Positions 22,929 to 36,163 of a stretch of DNA of 48,412 nt are shown one piece after another. Below the pieces are notes generated by a model. That model did no database searches. It saw only the letters and a program-made list of their open reading frames with translations, and was not told the DNA's origin. The stretch spans positions 1 to 48,412 of the forward strand of contig NW_021834444.1 of the NCBI RefSeq assembly GCF_006345805.1, read 5' to 3'. The stretch comes from Octopus sinensis. Lineage: Eukaryota. Position 1 is the first letter of the stretch. Every line of letters begins with the position of its first letter. The position numbers and the translations under genes are program-made.

Positions 22929-24004
22929 ACCAGAGAATGTCGACAGTACACGAAGCCTTGCACCATAAGAGTGACACCAATAAGTTATACTTGTCCAGAA
23001 GAAAGGGTGGGAGAGGTTTGATCAGTTGCCGGGACTGTATCGAAGCAGAGGAAATCAGCTTAGGGTGGTATATCAAAAATGCTGTGGAGCCATTGTTGAA
23101 ACATACGAAGAAGGCCGGCGTCATCAAAACTGAAAATTGTTTAATGAAAGAATAATTTAAACAATAAATGAATACAAAAGGAAAAGCATGGAAGGAAAAA
23201 CATGTACGGTCAGTTTACAAGAGATGTTAACGCCAAGACAGATACAGAGGACCGGTGGTTATGGATGAGGAGGAGTGACCTAATGATAGAGACAGAAGCA
23301 CTCATATGCGCAGCACAAGAACAAGCGTTAAGGATCAACTATGTGAAGCGTAGAATAGACAACACTACCGACAGCGACAAATGCAGAATGTGTGGTGAGA
23401 GGGGTGAAACGGTATGGTACATCGTTAGTGAGTGCCCGAAATTTGCACAACGCGAATATATATGATGCCATGACAATGCGGCAAGACTGATCCGTTGGGA
23501 GATCTGTGGAAATCACGGCATACAAAGAGCAAAGATGAGGCATGAACAAACCCCACAAGGAGTCACCGGGAATGAGAATTGCAAAATCCAGTGCGATCGC
23601 CTGACTAGACATCGGAAACCGGACATTGTTGTGGTGAATGAAAAAGAAAGAACATGCATGATAATCGACATATCGTGTCCTGGTAACAACAGGATCAATG
23701 TAAAAGAAGAAAAGATAAACAACTATGTCGATTTGATGTGGGAAATACGAAGGTTGTGGTCAATGAGGCAAGTAGACGTGATGCCAATAATAACTGGTGC
23801 ACTTGGAAGTAGCAGCACTCAACTACCAGCATGGCTAAAAAAGATTGGTGCAAGTGTGAAGATAGAACACCTACAAAAATCAGCATTGCTTAGAAGTGCC
23901 AGAATTCTTCACAGAGTTCTTGAAGTATGACCAATAAACAAGTGTCACCTTAGTTTGCTGCTGTGGACAGCTGACACTTTCCATCATGTCCAGCAGAATA
24001 AGCT
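22925..24004 (+). mobile_element. R4/Dong-type LINE 3' portion (thumb, CCHC, RLE; UTR family II)
   Basis: ORFs 22937-23155 (KSDTNKLYLSRRKGGRGL), 23202-23465 (ETEALICAAQEQAL...CRMCGERGETVWYIVSEC), 23535-23930 (RKPDIVVV...IIDIS...KSALLRSARILHRVLEV). Confidence 0.9.
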
Positions 24005-24211
24005 GTGGTTTCAAATTTTGCCACAAGGGCAGCCATTTAGTGGGGTGGGGTGGGGTTGACAAGTCGATTACATCGACCCCAGTGTTTCATTGGTACTTTC
24101 TACTATAGCAAAATCGACCTAGACGAAATTTGAACGCAGAGCGTCAGGACGGGCGAAATACCGCAAAGCAATTTGTCCGGTATATTAGCGGTTCTGCTAG
24201 CTCACCGCCTT
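24005..24211 (-). mobile_element. SINE family C, diverged, inserted at the Dong UTR/TAA junction
   Basis: gtcgattacatcgaccccagtg...gaaatttgaacgcagagcgt...ctcaccgcc. Confidence 0.8.
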
Positions 24212-24270
24212 CGCAATAATAATAACAGCAATGACAACAACAACACAACAACAACAACAACAACAACAAC

Positions 24271-24750
24271 GGTGGAGGCGCAATGGCCTAGTGGTTAGGG
24301 CAGCGGACTCGCGGTCGTAAGAACGCGTTTTCGATTCCCAGACCGGGCATTGCGAGTGTTTATTGAACAAAAACACCTAAGCTCCACGAGGCTCCGGCGG
24401 GGAGGGTGGTGAACCTCGCTGTACTCTTTCGCCACAACTTTCTCTCACTCTTTCTTCCTACTTCAGCCACAAAGCAGAGGAACCATGGTGTAGCCCACTA
24501 TGGTGTGGTAAACTTTCAGACCCTAGTCTAGATTGCGAATCCTCTGTACTCCAGGATGGTTCAGCTCTCCACCCGTTAAAAGCCACCGTTTACGGAACGA
24601 GGATAACAACGTAGTTTTCGCGCCCGTGCAACCGCCAGTCTATCGCGTGTGGTGGGTGGATCTTCAAGTTGCCACACGCATTCTTAGTAGCTTAGAGTAG
24701 GCTCGAATTAGAGATTATTCTTTGTGGCTAATGACGTGAGTTCTGAATGG
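24271..24750 (+). mobile_element. SINE family A with tail type ii
   Basis: Aligns end to end with 12017-12496; preceded by (CAA)n, followed by (GAA)n then CAA-rich sequence. Confidence 0.9.
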
Positions 24751-24785
24751 AAGAAGAAGACAACAACGACAACAACAGCAACAAC

Positions 24786-24931
24786 AAGAAAGTTTGCCTC
24801 TTAGGGACAGGAAAAATTATCAAGAGGGTTTTAAGCACTTGAAAGACAAAAGCTTGTGGATACCTAAGATTACAGCTTTCCCGCTACCCACATAAATTCT
24901 ACCAGGAATAATAACGAACCTGAACTAAATC
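24786..24931 (+). mobile_element. R4/Dong-type 3' end (UTR family I), shorter truncation
   Basis: KKVCLLGTGKIIKRVLST* plus a UTR homologous to 21898-22000, then (TAA)n. Confidence 0.75.
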
Positions 24932-25039
24932 AATAATAATAATAACAATTCTTTCTAATTTAGGCACAAGGCGAACAATTTTGAGGTTCTAACGATTCTA
25001 ACAGACGATTTTATCGAATTCCCCTATGAAAACAGATGA

Positions 25040-25290
25040 TGCTTGTAAATCAAGGAAACCTGACATAATATCAAAGACAAAAAAAAAACCACAAAAAATG
25101 GTTTTGAGGAGTGTAAGCTCAGTGACTTTGTTATCCCATATAATAATGGAAAGGAAATTAAAAAGAAAAAAACACAGAGGAAGATATATCAGGACCTAAC
25201 TAGAGCGAAGTAAAGGTTGTGGATGACAAAATCGACGATTGTTCCAGGGTAATTGTTTCATTTGGCACCAGACGCCGACTATTACCAAAG
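25040..25290 (+). mobile_element. Decayed R4/Dong RLE-domain fragment
   Basis: RKPDII...VIPYNNG...KIYQDL...RLWMTKSTIVP pattern across frameshifts. Confidence 0.55.
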
Positions 25291-25305
25291 AGATTGAAAG
25301 ATATT

Positions 25306-25703
25306 CTCTTCTACACTAGGCACAAGACCCGAAATTTAGATGGATCCCAGAACGTAACTGGTGCTTGATTCATCGACCCTGAAAGGATGAAAGGCAAGGT
25401 CGACTTCGGCGGAATTTGAACTCAGAACATAAAGACAGACAAAATACTGCTAAGCATTTCGCCCGGCGTGCTAACGTTTCTTATTTCTTTATTGCTCATA
25501 AGGGGCTAAACATAGAGGGAACAGACAAATAATTAAGTCGATTACATCGACCCCAGTGCGTAATTGGTACTTAATTTATCGATCCCGAAAGGATGAATGG
25601 CAAAGTCGACCTCGGTGGAATTTGAACTCAGAACGTAACGGTAAACGAAATATCGCTAGGCATTTCGCCCGGCGTACTAACGTTTCTGCCAGCTCGCCGT
25701 CTT
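25306..25703 (-). mobile_element. SINE family C heterodimer (two tail variants)
   Basis: Units 25703-25481 and 25480-25306; perfect 18-bp TSD aagagattgaaagatatt at 25288-25305 and 25704-25721. Confidence 0.9.
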
Positions 25704-25739
25704 AAGAGATTGAAAGATATTGGAATTATCAAATTTAGT

Positions 25740-26100
25740 GTCTTCTCCTGTAGCCTCGGCCCGATCAAAGCCTTGTGAGTTGATTTCGGAAACGGAAACT
25801 GAAAGAAGCCCATCATATATATTTACATATGTATATGTGTGTGTGAGAGTCTGTGTGCGTGTGTGTGTGTTTTTATCCGTGTTTGTCCCTCCCCCTCTCA
25901 CCCCTTGACAACCGGTGTTGGTGTGTTTACGTCCATGTAGCTTAGCGGTTCGACAAAATACGCCGATAGAATAAGTAGCAGGCTTAAGAAAACAGAAAAG
26001 AAAAATGTACTGGGGTAGATTTATTCCCTTAAAAATTCTTCAAGCCGGTGCCCCAGCATAGCCGCAGTCTAATGACCGAAACAAGTAAAAGATAGAAGAT
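25740..26100 (+). mobile_element. SINE family B, 5'-truncated
   Basis: gtcttc...agcctcggcccga...gaaacaagtaaaagata. Confidence 0.85.
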
Positions 26101-26163
26101 ATATATATACATATATATCTTCCATGGTTATAAGTAAGTAATTCACTTATTTCTTTGCCGCAT

Positions 26164-26224
26164 TTATCACTGATGAAGGGAAGGTTCTTATGAACTAACT
26201 CTGAAATCGGGTCCGATATGGTAA
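26164..26224 (+). ncRNA. Complete type I hammerhead ribozyme fold
   Basis: Stem I ttatca/tggtaa; core CUGAUGA 26170-26176; stem II AGGG/CTCT + AA/AA loop + GGTTC/GAACT; GAA; stem III ATCGG-GT-CCGAT; triplet AUA, predicted cut after 26218. Confidence 0.8.
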
Positions 26225-26382
26225 TAACGGGATTTTTTTTAGAAATTTCTGTCGGCTTTCTTCGAATCGCATGCTTGTAGTGATAAATTACATGGTTATT
26301 GACGTTGTGTCTATTTTCGGCATATTTTGGCATTAGAAATTTTTTCTTTTGCCCTTATTTATAAATTACACACACACACACA

Positions 26383-26421
<39 letters not shown>

Positions 26422-26460
26422 CACACACACACACACACATATGTATACGTATATCTATAT

Positions 26461-26615
26461 ATATTCTTTCATTCTTGTATTTGTTTCACTTATTTGTCTT
26501 CGGCCATGCTGGAGCACCGCCTTGAAAGGTTTTAGTCAAACAAACCGATCCCAGGACTCATTTTTTCAAGCCTGTATTCTATCGGTAACTTTTGCCGAAC
26601 CACTAGCTTACGGGG
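26461..26615 (-). mobile_element. SINE family B, 3' part
   Basis: ggccatgctggagcaccgcc...ttttgccgaaccactagcttacgggg. Confidence 0.75.
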
Positions 26616-26924
26616 TTGAAGAGACTTTGGTATTTCAGTCTGTGTAAGAGATTTATTACCTCATTTTTGTGTGTTTTTTTTGTAAAAAGACAAGAAAATT
26701 TGTAATGGAACAATTATAAAAACTAAAATAAGAGGTTTAATACCTCATTTTGTTTTTTTTATGTATTAAAAAAAAAAGAATAATGTATTATAGAAGCAAA
26801 AAATCGGCAGGTGTTTTTTGTCTTCTCCCATCAATATCATCCTTTTTCATCATTCATCTCATTAATGTTTTTGTCCAGCCCGCAAGCTACTCTGTGTCAT
26901 GCCTTCATGGCAAAATTTTGAAAT

Positions 26925-27248
26925 ACACTAGCTTACGGGAACGTAAACACACCAACACCGATTGTCAAGCGGTGACAGGGGACAAACACAAAGACACAAA
27001 GACACACACACGTAAACATACACATACAGATACATAGATACATACATACATGCATACACACACACACACACACACACAAATATATATGTACGACCGGCTT
27101 CTTTCAGTTTCCGTCAACCGTGACACTCACAAGGTGTTGGTCGGCTTGAAGGCATAGTAGAAGATATTTTCTGAAGATGCCACGCTATTGGACTAAACAC
27201 GGAAGCATATGGTCGGGAAATAAGCTTCTTACCACACAACTACGCCTT
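26925..27248 (-). mobile_element. SINE family B, 5' two-thirds
   Basis: B head and internal (CA) tract, diverged. Confidence 0.8.
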
Positions 27249-28055
27249 CGTAGATGCATATATAATTTTGTTGATATTGACTTTGAAGTTTCGCTAGTGG
27301 GTGACTTATTTAAACAGTTTATCTTTCTGTCTATCTATTTAGCTACCTATAAATAACTAATCGTAAATTTAATGCGCCCTTCAAGCATAATTTTATGTAT
27401 TTACTGTGAGTGACAGACAGACAGGATCTTTCAATAACAGAAGAATTCATGTGACAAAATTCCAGAGTGCTTCCTTAGGTCACACAATTGAACTGACAAG
27501 CTTGAAATTCCTTAGTGTTAGTGTCCCTATTCGGGACACACCCAACATTTGCTACGATCGAAACCTTGTTATGTGTGAATTGACGCATCACGTACTAGGA
27601 TGTGCCGCCTACTTTCACAATATATTTCTGAATGGAGATGAATGCGTGGAGGTGTAAGCGGCTGTTGTTGTTGTTGTTGTTGTTACTGAGTTTGTTTAGC
27701 CCCAGGACAACTCTGATCGCATTATTCAATGATCAAAGTGTTTTCATTATATGACCATCCCGTCAGTTGAGGGGGTGGAGTTCATGTGTAATATGATATT
27801 TCGTAGTGTAGACTTAAAAATGTAACATTCTATTGGTTATTTTCTCTATTTATTTATTTTTTACCGGAATGCTTCGTGCTTGAGTTTATATCTCACCCTT
27901 TGACAACGGGTATTGGTTTGTTTACATTCCTCTAACTTAGAAGCTGCACACACACACACACACACATTCATGAATTTATGTATATGTATATATTATATAT
28001 CTATATGTGTGTATGCGTGTGTATGCATGCATGTAACTATCTATCTATTTATCTA

Positions 28056-28104
<49 letters not shown>

Positions 28105-28460
28105 ATCTATAATATATTACTTGACTCTTCAGATTATCTGCCTTTCTCATATGCAGCTGGTCTCAATCGGTAATTTGGTAATTATGACTGATCCTCCAGT
28201 GGTGAAGATAGTTTAAATAAACCGTAAACTAAGAATTTATGTCCTATGGTATTTGATATCCCTGTATCTGTCCATGATTTCAAGAGCATAAAACAAAAAT
28301 GGCTGTACTCTGATAGAAGAAACAATTCCTTCTAACCGAAAGATCACTCCGAAGGCGGAGGGGCAACTGTCACAGTAAAAGCTTCGTTAATTCCAAAGTA
28401 GCTAAGCGTGGATTAGGATAAGAAAATTAGTGCTATTTGGAGCATTAGGCAATGTTACAT

Positions 28461-28666
28461 CTACTCTTTTACTTGTTTCAGTCATTTGATGGTGGCCATG
28501 CTGGAGCACCGCCTTTAGTCGAGCAAATCGACCCCAGGACTTATTCTTTGTAAGCCTACTACTTATTTTATCGGTCTCTTTTGCCGAACCGCTAAGTTAC
28601 GGGGACGTAAACGCACCAGCATCGATTGTGAAGCGCGATGTTGGGAGGACAAACACAGGCACACAA

Positions 28667-28753
<87 letters not shown>

Positions 28754-28926
28754 CATATATACGACGGGCTTCTTTCAGTTTCCATCTGCCAAATCCACTC
28801 ACAAGGCTTTGGTCGGTCCGAGGCTATAGTAGAAGACACTTGCTCAAGGTGCCACGCAGTGGGACTGAACCCGGAACCATGTGGTTCGTAAGCAAGCTAC
28901 TTACCACATAGCCACTCCTACGCCTA
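28461..28926 (-). mobile_element. SINE family B, full length with expanded internal (CA)n
   Basis: Complete head-to-tail match to the 10321 copy. Confidence 0.9.
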
Positions 28927-29124
28927 TCCAAGTATTTTTCCTTGTTCGTGTGAGCGCAGAAATGAGCATTGTGTGCAAATATTGTCTCCCTTAGCAAAGT
29001 ATGAGTGCATCCATGCATGTAAGCTTCGCTTTAATTTCTTGTATTAAAAAAAAGTTTGATTTTTATCTTAAAAACCCTTGTGTGCACACGAACAAACACT
29101 GAGTTTAGAGGGAAGGCTGATGTT

Positions 29125-29334
29125 GGTTTCAAATTTTGGCGCAAGGCCAGGAAGGTTGGGGGAGGAAGTTAAGTCGATAACATCGAACTCAGTGCTCAAC
29201 CGGTGCTTATTTTATCGACCCCGAAACGATTAAAGGAAAACTTGACCTCCCTCGGCGGAATTTGAACTCAGAACGTGGCGACATGCAAAATACTGCTAAG
29301 CATTTCGCACGGCGTGATAACAATTCTGGCAGCT
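29125..29334 (-). mobile_element. SINE family C
   Basis: C core and tail variant ggtttcaaattttggcgcaagg. Confidence 0.8.
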
Positions 29335-29343
29335 AAATGTCTC

Positions 29344-29441
<98 letters not shown>

Positions 29442-29453
29442 TGATGATGATGA

Positions 29454-30706
29454 TTTTCAATGTACTGAACTGGAATATAAGCGAAATTGACAGGAAAATC
29501 CGTAAGCTGCTGGTTTGTAATAAGGTACACTACCCAAAGGCAGACGCAGATCATCTTTACCTACGTAAATCTCAAGGAGGTCGAGGCTTGATCTAATTTG
29601 AAATCTCCTACAAAACCACCACAATTAGACTGGCAAAATATACTGAAACATCTAACGACTGGATGCTTGAAGGTCGTTGAAAACTATGAAAGACGTAATA
29701 AGCTCCATTCTGTTATGAAGGAGAGCAAAACCTTTTCAAGTGAGTTTATGCATAATATCCAGGTTGAACAGCATGAGGGAAGTGCAGCAAGTGTAGTTTT
29801 AAAGAAGATGAAATCAATAGCAAAGCAAAGTGCGCTTGAACAATTGGCTGATAGGTGAGAACAAAAACCTCTGCGTGGAAAATATGCGGCCCGTAGGAAA
29901 AAAGCTGATGTAGACCAGAAGTATACCCATCAGTGGCTACAGAGCAAGGCTGAGAGTGAAGGCTTTATCTTGGCTGCCCAAGATCAGAGCTTATTGACCT
30001 GAAAGTATCTACCTAATGTGATAAAAAATGGTGTAGACCCAAAGTGCCGATACTGCAACGATGGGATAGAAACAGTCGACCACCTAAACTCTGGACGTAA
30101 GGTTTTAGCACCTGTAGAGGACAAATCAAGACATGACAGAGTTGGCCAATGTGTCGGCATTATAAAATCAACACTGACGACAAATGGTACACGCACCACC
30201 CTAAGTCTGTTCATTGATTGACATGAGCATACTCGGTGACCATAATATCTCGGCAAAAGAATTTGATAAACTCAGAAAATATAAAGATGTGCTAATCAAA
30301 ATCGAAAAGAGGTGGCATCTCAAGACGGTTACAACACCAGTGATTGTAGGAGCACTTGGAATGATCAAAAAAGGAACTGAAAATTATTTAAGAATGAACC
30401 CTGGCTTACCATCCATACAGGAAGTACAAAAGATTGTCTTAACTGGTATATCACACGTATTGAGAAGAGCATTGTCGCTGTGAATTTTCTTTCCTTTTTC
30501 TCCCATTATTTTATTTGTTTACTTCTCTATTTTGTATTTCTTCGTTTTTCTCTCTGTCTTCCCTTTTTCTCTATCACATGACTCAATGAACAATCTGGTG
30601 TGCTTGTTTTCACGGCTTACCAATGTATACAGTACGTTTCTCTGCCCTAGATGTCAGGAAGACACTCGGCAAGAAATGGAAACAGAATCGAAAGATGCTA
30701 ATGAAA

Positions 30707-30707
<1 letters not shown>
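29454..30707 (+). mobile_element. R4/Dong-type LINE 3' portion (UTR family III)
   Basis: EIDRKIRKLL...PKADADHLYL...GGRGL; ESEGFILAAQDQSL; CRYCNDGIETVDHL...RHDRV; KYKDVLIKIEKRWHLKTVTTPVIVGALG...HVLRRALSL*; UTR runs into (TGA)n/(TAA)n. Confidence 0.9.
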
Positions 30708-30756
<49 letters not shown>

Positions 30757-30795
30757 AATAATGATAATAATATAATAATAATAATAATAATAATA

Positions 30796-30833
<38 letters not shown>

Positions 30834-30859
30834 TAATAATGATAATAATAATAATAATA

Positions 30860-30908
<49 letters not shown>

Positions 30909-30909
<1 letters not shown>

Positions 30910-31101
30910 GTTTCAAGTTTTGCCACATGGACAGCAATTTGAGGGGGGGAGATGACTCGACAACATCGGTCCCAGTGTTCAACTGGTACTTATTTTAGCC
31001 ACTCCGAAAGGATGAAAGGCAAAGTCGACCTCGGCGGAATTAGAACTCAGAACGTAGCGACGGGTGAAATACCGCTAAGCATTTCATCCAGCGTGCTAAC
31101 G
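30909..31101 (-). mobile_element. SINE family C
   Basis: gaaaggatgaaaggcaaagtcgacctcggcggaatt core. Confidence 0.85.
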
Positions 31102-32862
<1,761 letters not shown>

Positions 32863-32877
32863 TAATAATAATAATAA

Positions 32878-33418
32878 ATGCCCTGATGCAGTACCAGGCA
32901 GTGGCTCTCATGGCTTCTGATCTTAACTGATTGGAAGTGTTATCATGTACATTGTTTTGTCTTGGTATAAAAGATGGGCTACAGCAAATATTCTGCTCAA
33001 TACCACAGATGTGCTTGTCAGTTGTTGACCTTAACCAGTTGAGCATGTCCCTTAGTGGCTGACGATATGTGCATCTCTGATCACGAGCAGAAGTAGTGGG
33101 GGAGCATCATAGCCATGATTCTTTGGGGTTTGAATAGTTCACCTCTGGAAACATGAGTGGTTCTTTCAACATCCTTAAACAACCCTTATTCAGAGACCGT
33201 TTGAGCGGGATGGGCTACTCAACCTGAGAAAATTCTAATGGGCCCCACCTGCAAGGTCATGTGCTGTTTATCTTGATATGAGATCACCATGTCGCGCACA
33301 TATGGTTGTGATGCATGTGCCTGGTGTACCTTATCAGACGGGTAGTCATGATGGGTATATTGGGCTTCGTATATTTTACCCCAGTGTCACTTTGATGGCA
33401 TGAACTGCTCTCTCACTC
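32878..33418 (+). mobile_element. 541-bp non-coding element embedded in (TAA)n (candidate non-autonomous R4/Dong partner)
   Basis: No ORF or LINE motif seen and no tRNA head; (TAA)n on both sides; second, 5'-truncated copy at 3628-3977 also in (TAA)n. Confidence 0.8.
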
Positions 33419-33466
<48 letters not shown>

Positions 33467-33482
33467 TAATAATAATAATAAT

Positions 33483-34294
33483 GCCTACCTACAATGAGCT
33501 ACAAGGCCAACATATCAAAGAATGCCAGTACTCCAACATGTGAATGTAAGCAATAAAACGAAACCATCAATCACGTTGTTTCCATGTGCAGTCTTCTTGC
33601 GCCTGCAGAGTATCTCAGCAGGCATGATAGAGCAGTACAGTACATTCACTGGGTAATTTATCATGGACCTGTCCATGATAAAGACTGGTGCGAACAAAGA
33701 CCACCACAGAGACCACCTACAGTGCTCGAAAATGACCACGTCACACTCCTCTGGAATTTCACCGTTCAAACTGGCAGAAAGATAGATGCGAATTTGCCAG
33801 ACATTACATTGAAGGACTTCAGATAAAATCATGCCCTCTCATCGATATGACTGTCCAAATCGACATAAATGTATCTGTCAAGACCTACCAAAATCTGAGC
33901 AAGTATCTTGAAATGGAAATTAGCAAAATGTGGAAACTCAAGACTAAAAACAACACCTGTTGTCATAGGTGCCCCTAGGAATGATAGCAAAAGGGGCTGA
34001 TTGCTACGTAACTCAGACACCAGGAAATCCAAAAATGACAGAAGTTTTAAAAAATAGTACTCATGAGAACTGCCCATATCCTACGTAAAATATTGTCTAT
34101 ATAATCCCAAATTTTAAAACAAACTTATAATGTTCTTGTGCTTTGTGAAACATTCTCTAGATCAAAACTTTGTGCAAAACCAAATATACGACACCCTAGG
34201 CATAACACCAACTTGAACTTCTAACTTGTTGTCTCTTGAGGTCTCTAGGTTAGACTTGGAGTCCACTTGTACAAATACAAAACGAAAGTCAAAC

Positions 34295-34296
<2 letters not shown>
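33483..34296 (+). mobile_element. R4/Dong-type LINE 3' portion (UTR family V)
   Basis: LPTMSYKANI...ETINHVVSMCSLLAPAEYLSRHD...TLLWNFTVQTGRKIDANLPDI...PVVIGALG...AHILRKILSI*; (TAA)n on both sides. Confidence 0.85.
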
Positions 34297-34380
<84 letters not shown>

Positions 34381-34398
34381 ATAGTAGTAGTAGTAGTA

Positions 34399-34434
<36 letters not shown>

Positions 34435-34489
34435 CAGCAGCAGCAGCAGTAATAATGATAATAATAATATAATAATAATAATAATAATA
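34297..34489. repeat. (TAA)-(TAG)-(CAG)-(TAA) compound microsatellite
   Basis: Direct reading. Confidence 0.95.
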
Positions 34490-34915
34490 GTCGTTTCAAA
34501 TTCTTTAGGAGATGATCCTGTGCCAAAATTTTAAACTATTGTTATCATTAGTTCCATATTCGTCGCTACGCTGCCGGATAAACATATTTCAAATCATGCA
34601 TGTTCCTTCATAATTTGTGCAAATAATGTTTAGATTACTTTGTTGTTGAACATTAAGTAACAGTTTGAATACTGTTGAACAATAACATTTATTTAGAATA
34701 CTTTTCTTCGTATATTCTACAGAATAAATATATCCATTGAAGAATATCTCATACTATAGCTTCATGATAAACAACAACCCACTCAAAGTTCTTTTTCCAA
34801 GAAAGAAAGGAAGTAAGAAAGAAAGATAGTAAGAAAGAAAGAATAGCCTTACATACTCTGGTTGGCCGTGGGTAACAATAATACGGCCATTATTACTGAA
34901 ACTATGTATAATGTA

Positions 34916-35300
34916 GTGGAGGCGCAATGGCCCAGTGGTTAGGGCAGCGGATTTGTGGTCTTAGGATCGCGGTTTCGATTCCCAGACTGGGCGTTGTGAG
35001 TGTTTATTGAGCGAAAGCACCTAAAGCTCCACGAGGCTTCGGCATGGGATGGTGGTGAACCCTGCTGTACTCTTTCACCACAACTTTCTCTCATTCTTTC
35101 TTCCTGTTTCTGTTGTAGCTGTATTTCAAATGGGCCAGCCTTGTCACACTCTGTGTCACGCTGAATCTCCCTGAGAACTACGTTAAGGGTACACGTGTCT
35201 GTGAAGTGCTCAGCCACTTGCACGTTAATTTCACGAGCAGGCTGTTCCGTTGATCGGATCAACTGGGATCCTCGTCGTCGTAACCGATGGAGTGCCAGTC
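34916..35300 (+). mobile_element. SINE family A with tail type iii, with TSD
   Basis: 12-bp TSD atgtataatgta at 34904-34915 and 35301-35312. Confidence 0.9.
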
Positions 35301-35719
35301 ATGTATAATGTACCTCGCACGGTACGGCCAATAGGATTATCCCCCCTTTTCCTCCCCTATTCCTCCCTCTACCTCCGAATGTTTTTCCTGAAATAAGATG
35401 TTACGGACAGGCAGACGGGAATCAGCTCCCACCTTTTACAATTTAGTGGTCTTAGGATCGCGGTTTCGATTCCCAGACTGGGCGTTGTGAGTGTTTATTG
35501 AGCGAAAGCACCTAAAGCTTTACGCTCTTATTCCAAATCCCGCCGGGGTTAGTTTCGCCTTTCATCCCTTTCTCGGGATCGGGCTCATTATGTACCGATT
35601 CAATATCCTGCTGGGGGCCAATTTTTGCGTTTCATACCTCTTTCGGGATCGATAATGTACCGGACCGATATTGGAAACAATTATATCGGCTGCCACTCTT
35701 TTTACAACGGTAAATCGGG

Positions 35720-36163
35720 TCTTTTACTTGTTTCAGTCATTGGACTGCAGCCATGCTGGGGCATCACCTCGATGAATTTTAGTCAAATGAATCGACTCCA
35801 GTACTTCTTATTTTTATGTAAAGGCTGGTACTTATTCTATCGGCTACCTTTTGCCGAATTGTTAAGTTACGGGGACGTAAACACAACAACACCAGTTGTC
35901 AAGCGGTGGTGGGGGACAAACACAGACACAAAGACACACACTCACACACACACACATACTCACATACACATAGGTACATATGTACACACACACACACATA
36001 CGACACGCTTCTTTCAGTTTTCGTACACCCAATCCACTCAAAGGGTTTGGCTGGCCCGGGGCTATAGTAGAGGACACTTGACCAAAGTGCCACGCTGTGG
36101 GACTGAACCAGAAGCCATATGGTCGGGACGCGAACTTCTTTCTACAGAGCCACATCAGCGCCT
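35720..36163 (-). mobile_element. SINE family B, full length, diverged
   Basis: Head-to-tail match to the other B copies. Confidence 0.85.

Noticed and set aside
26040-26333. 97-aa minus-strand ORF (MPKYAENRH...) as a host exon
   Set aside because: No recognisable domain or acceptor site; it ends in a SINE and overlaps the plus-strand hammerhead, which explains the sequence better.
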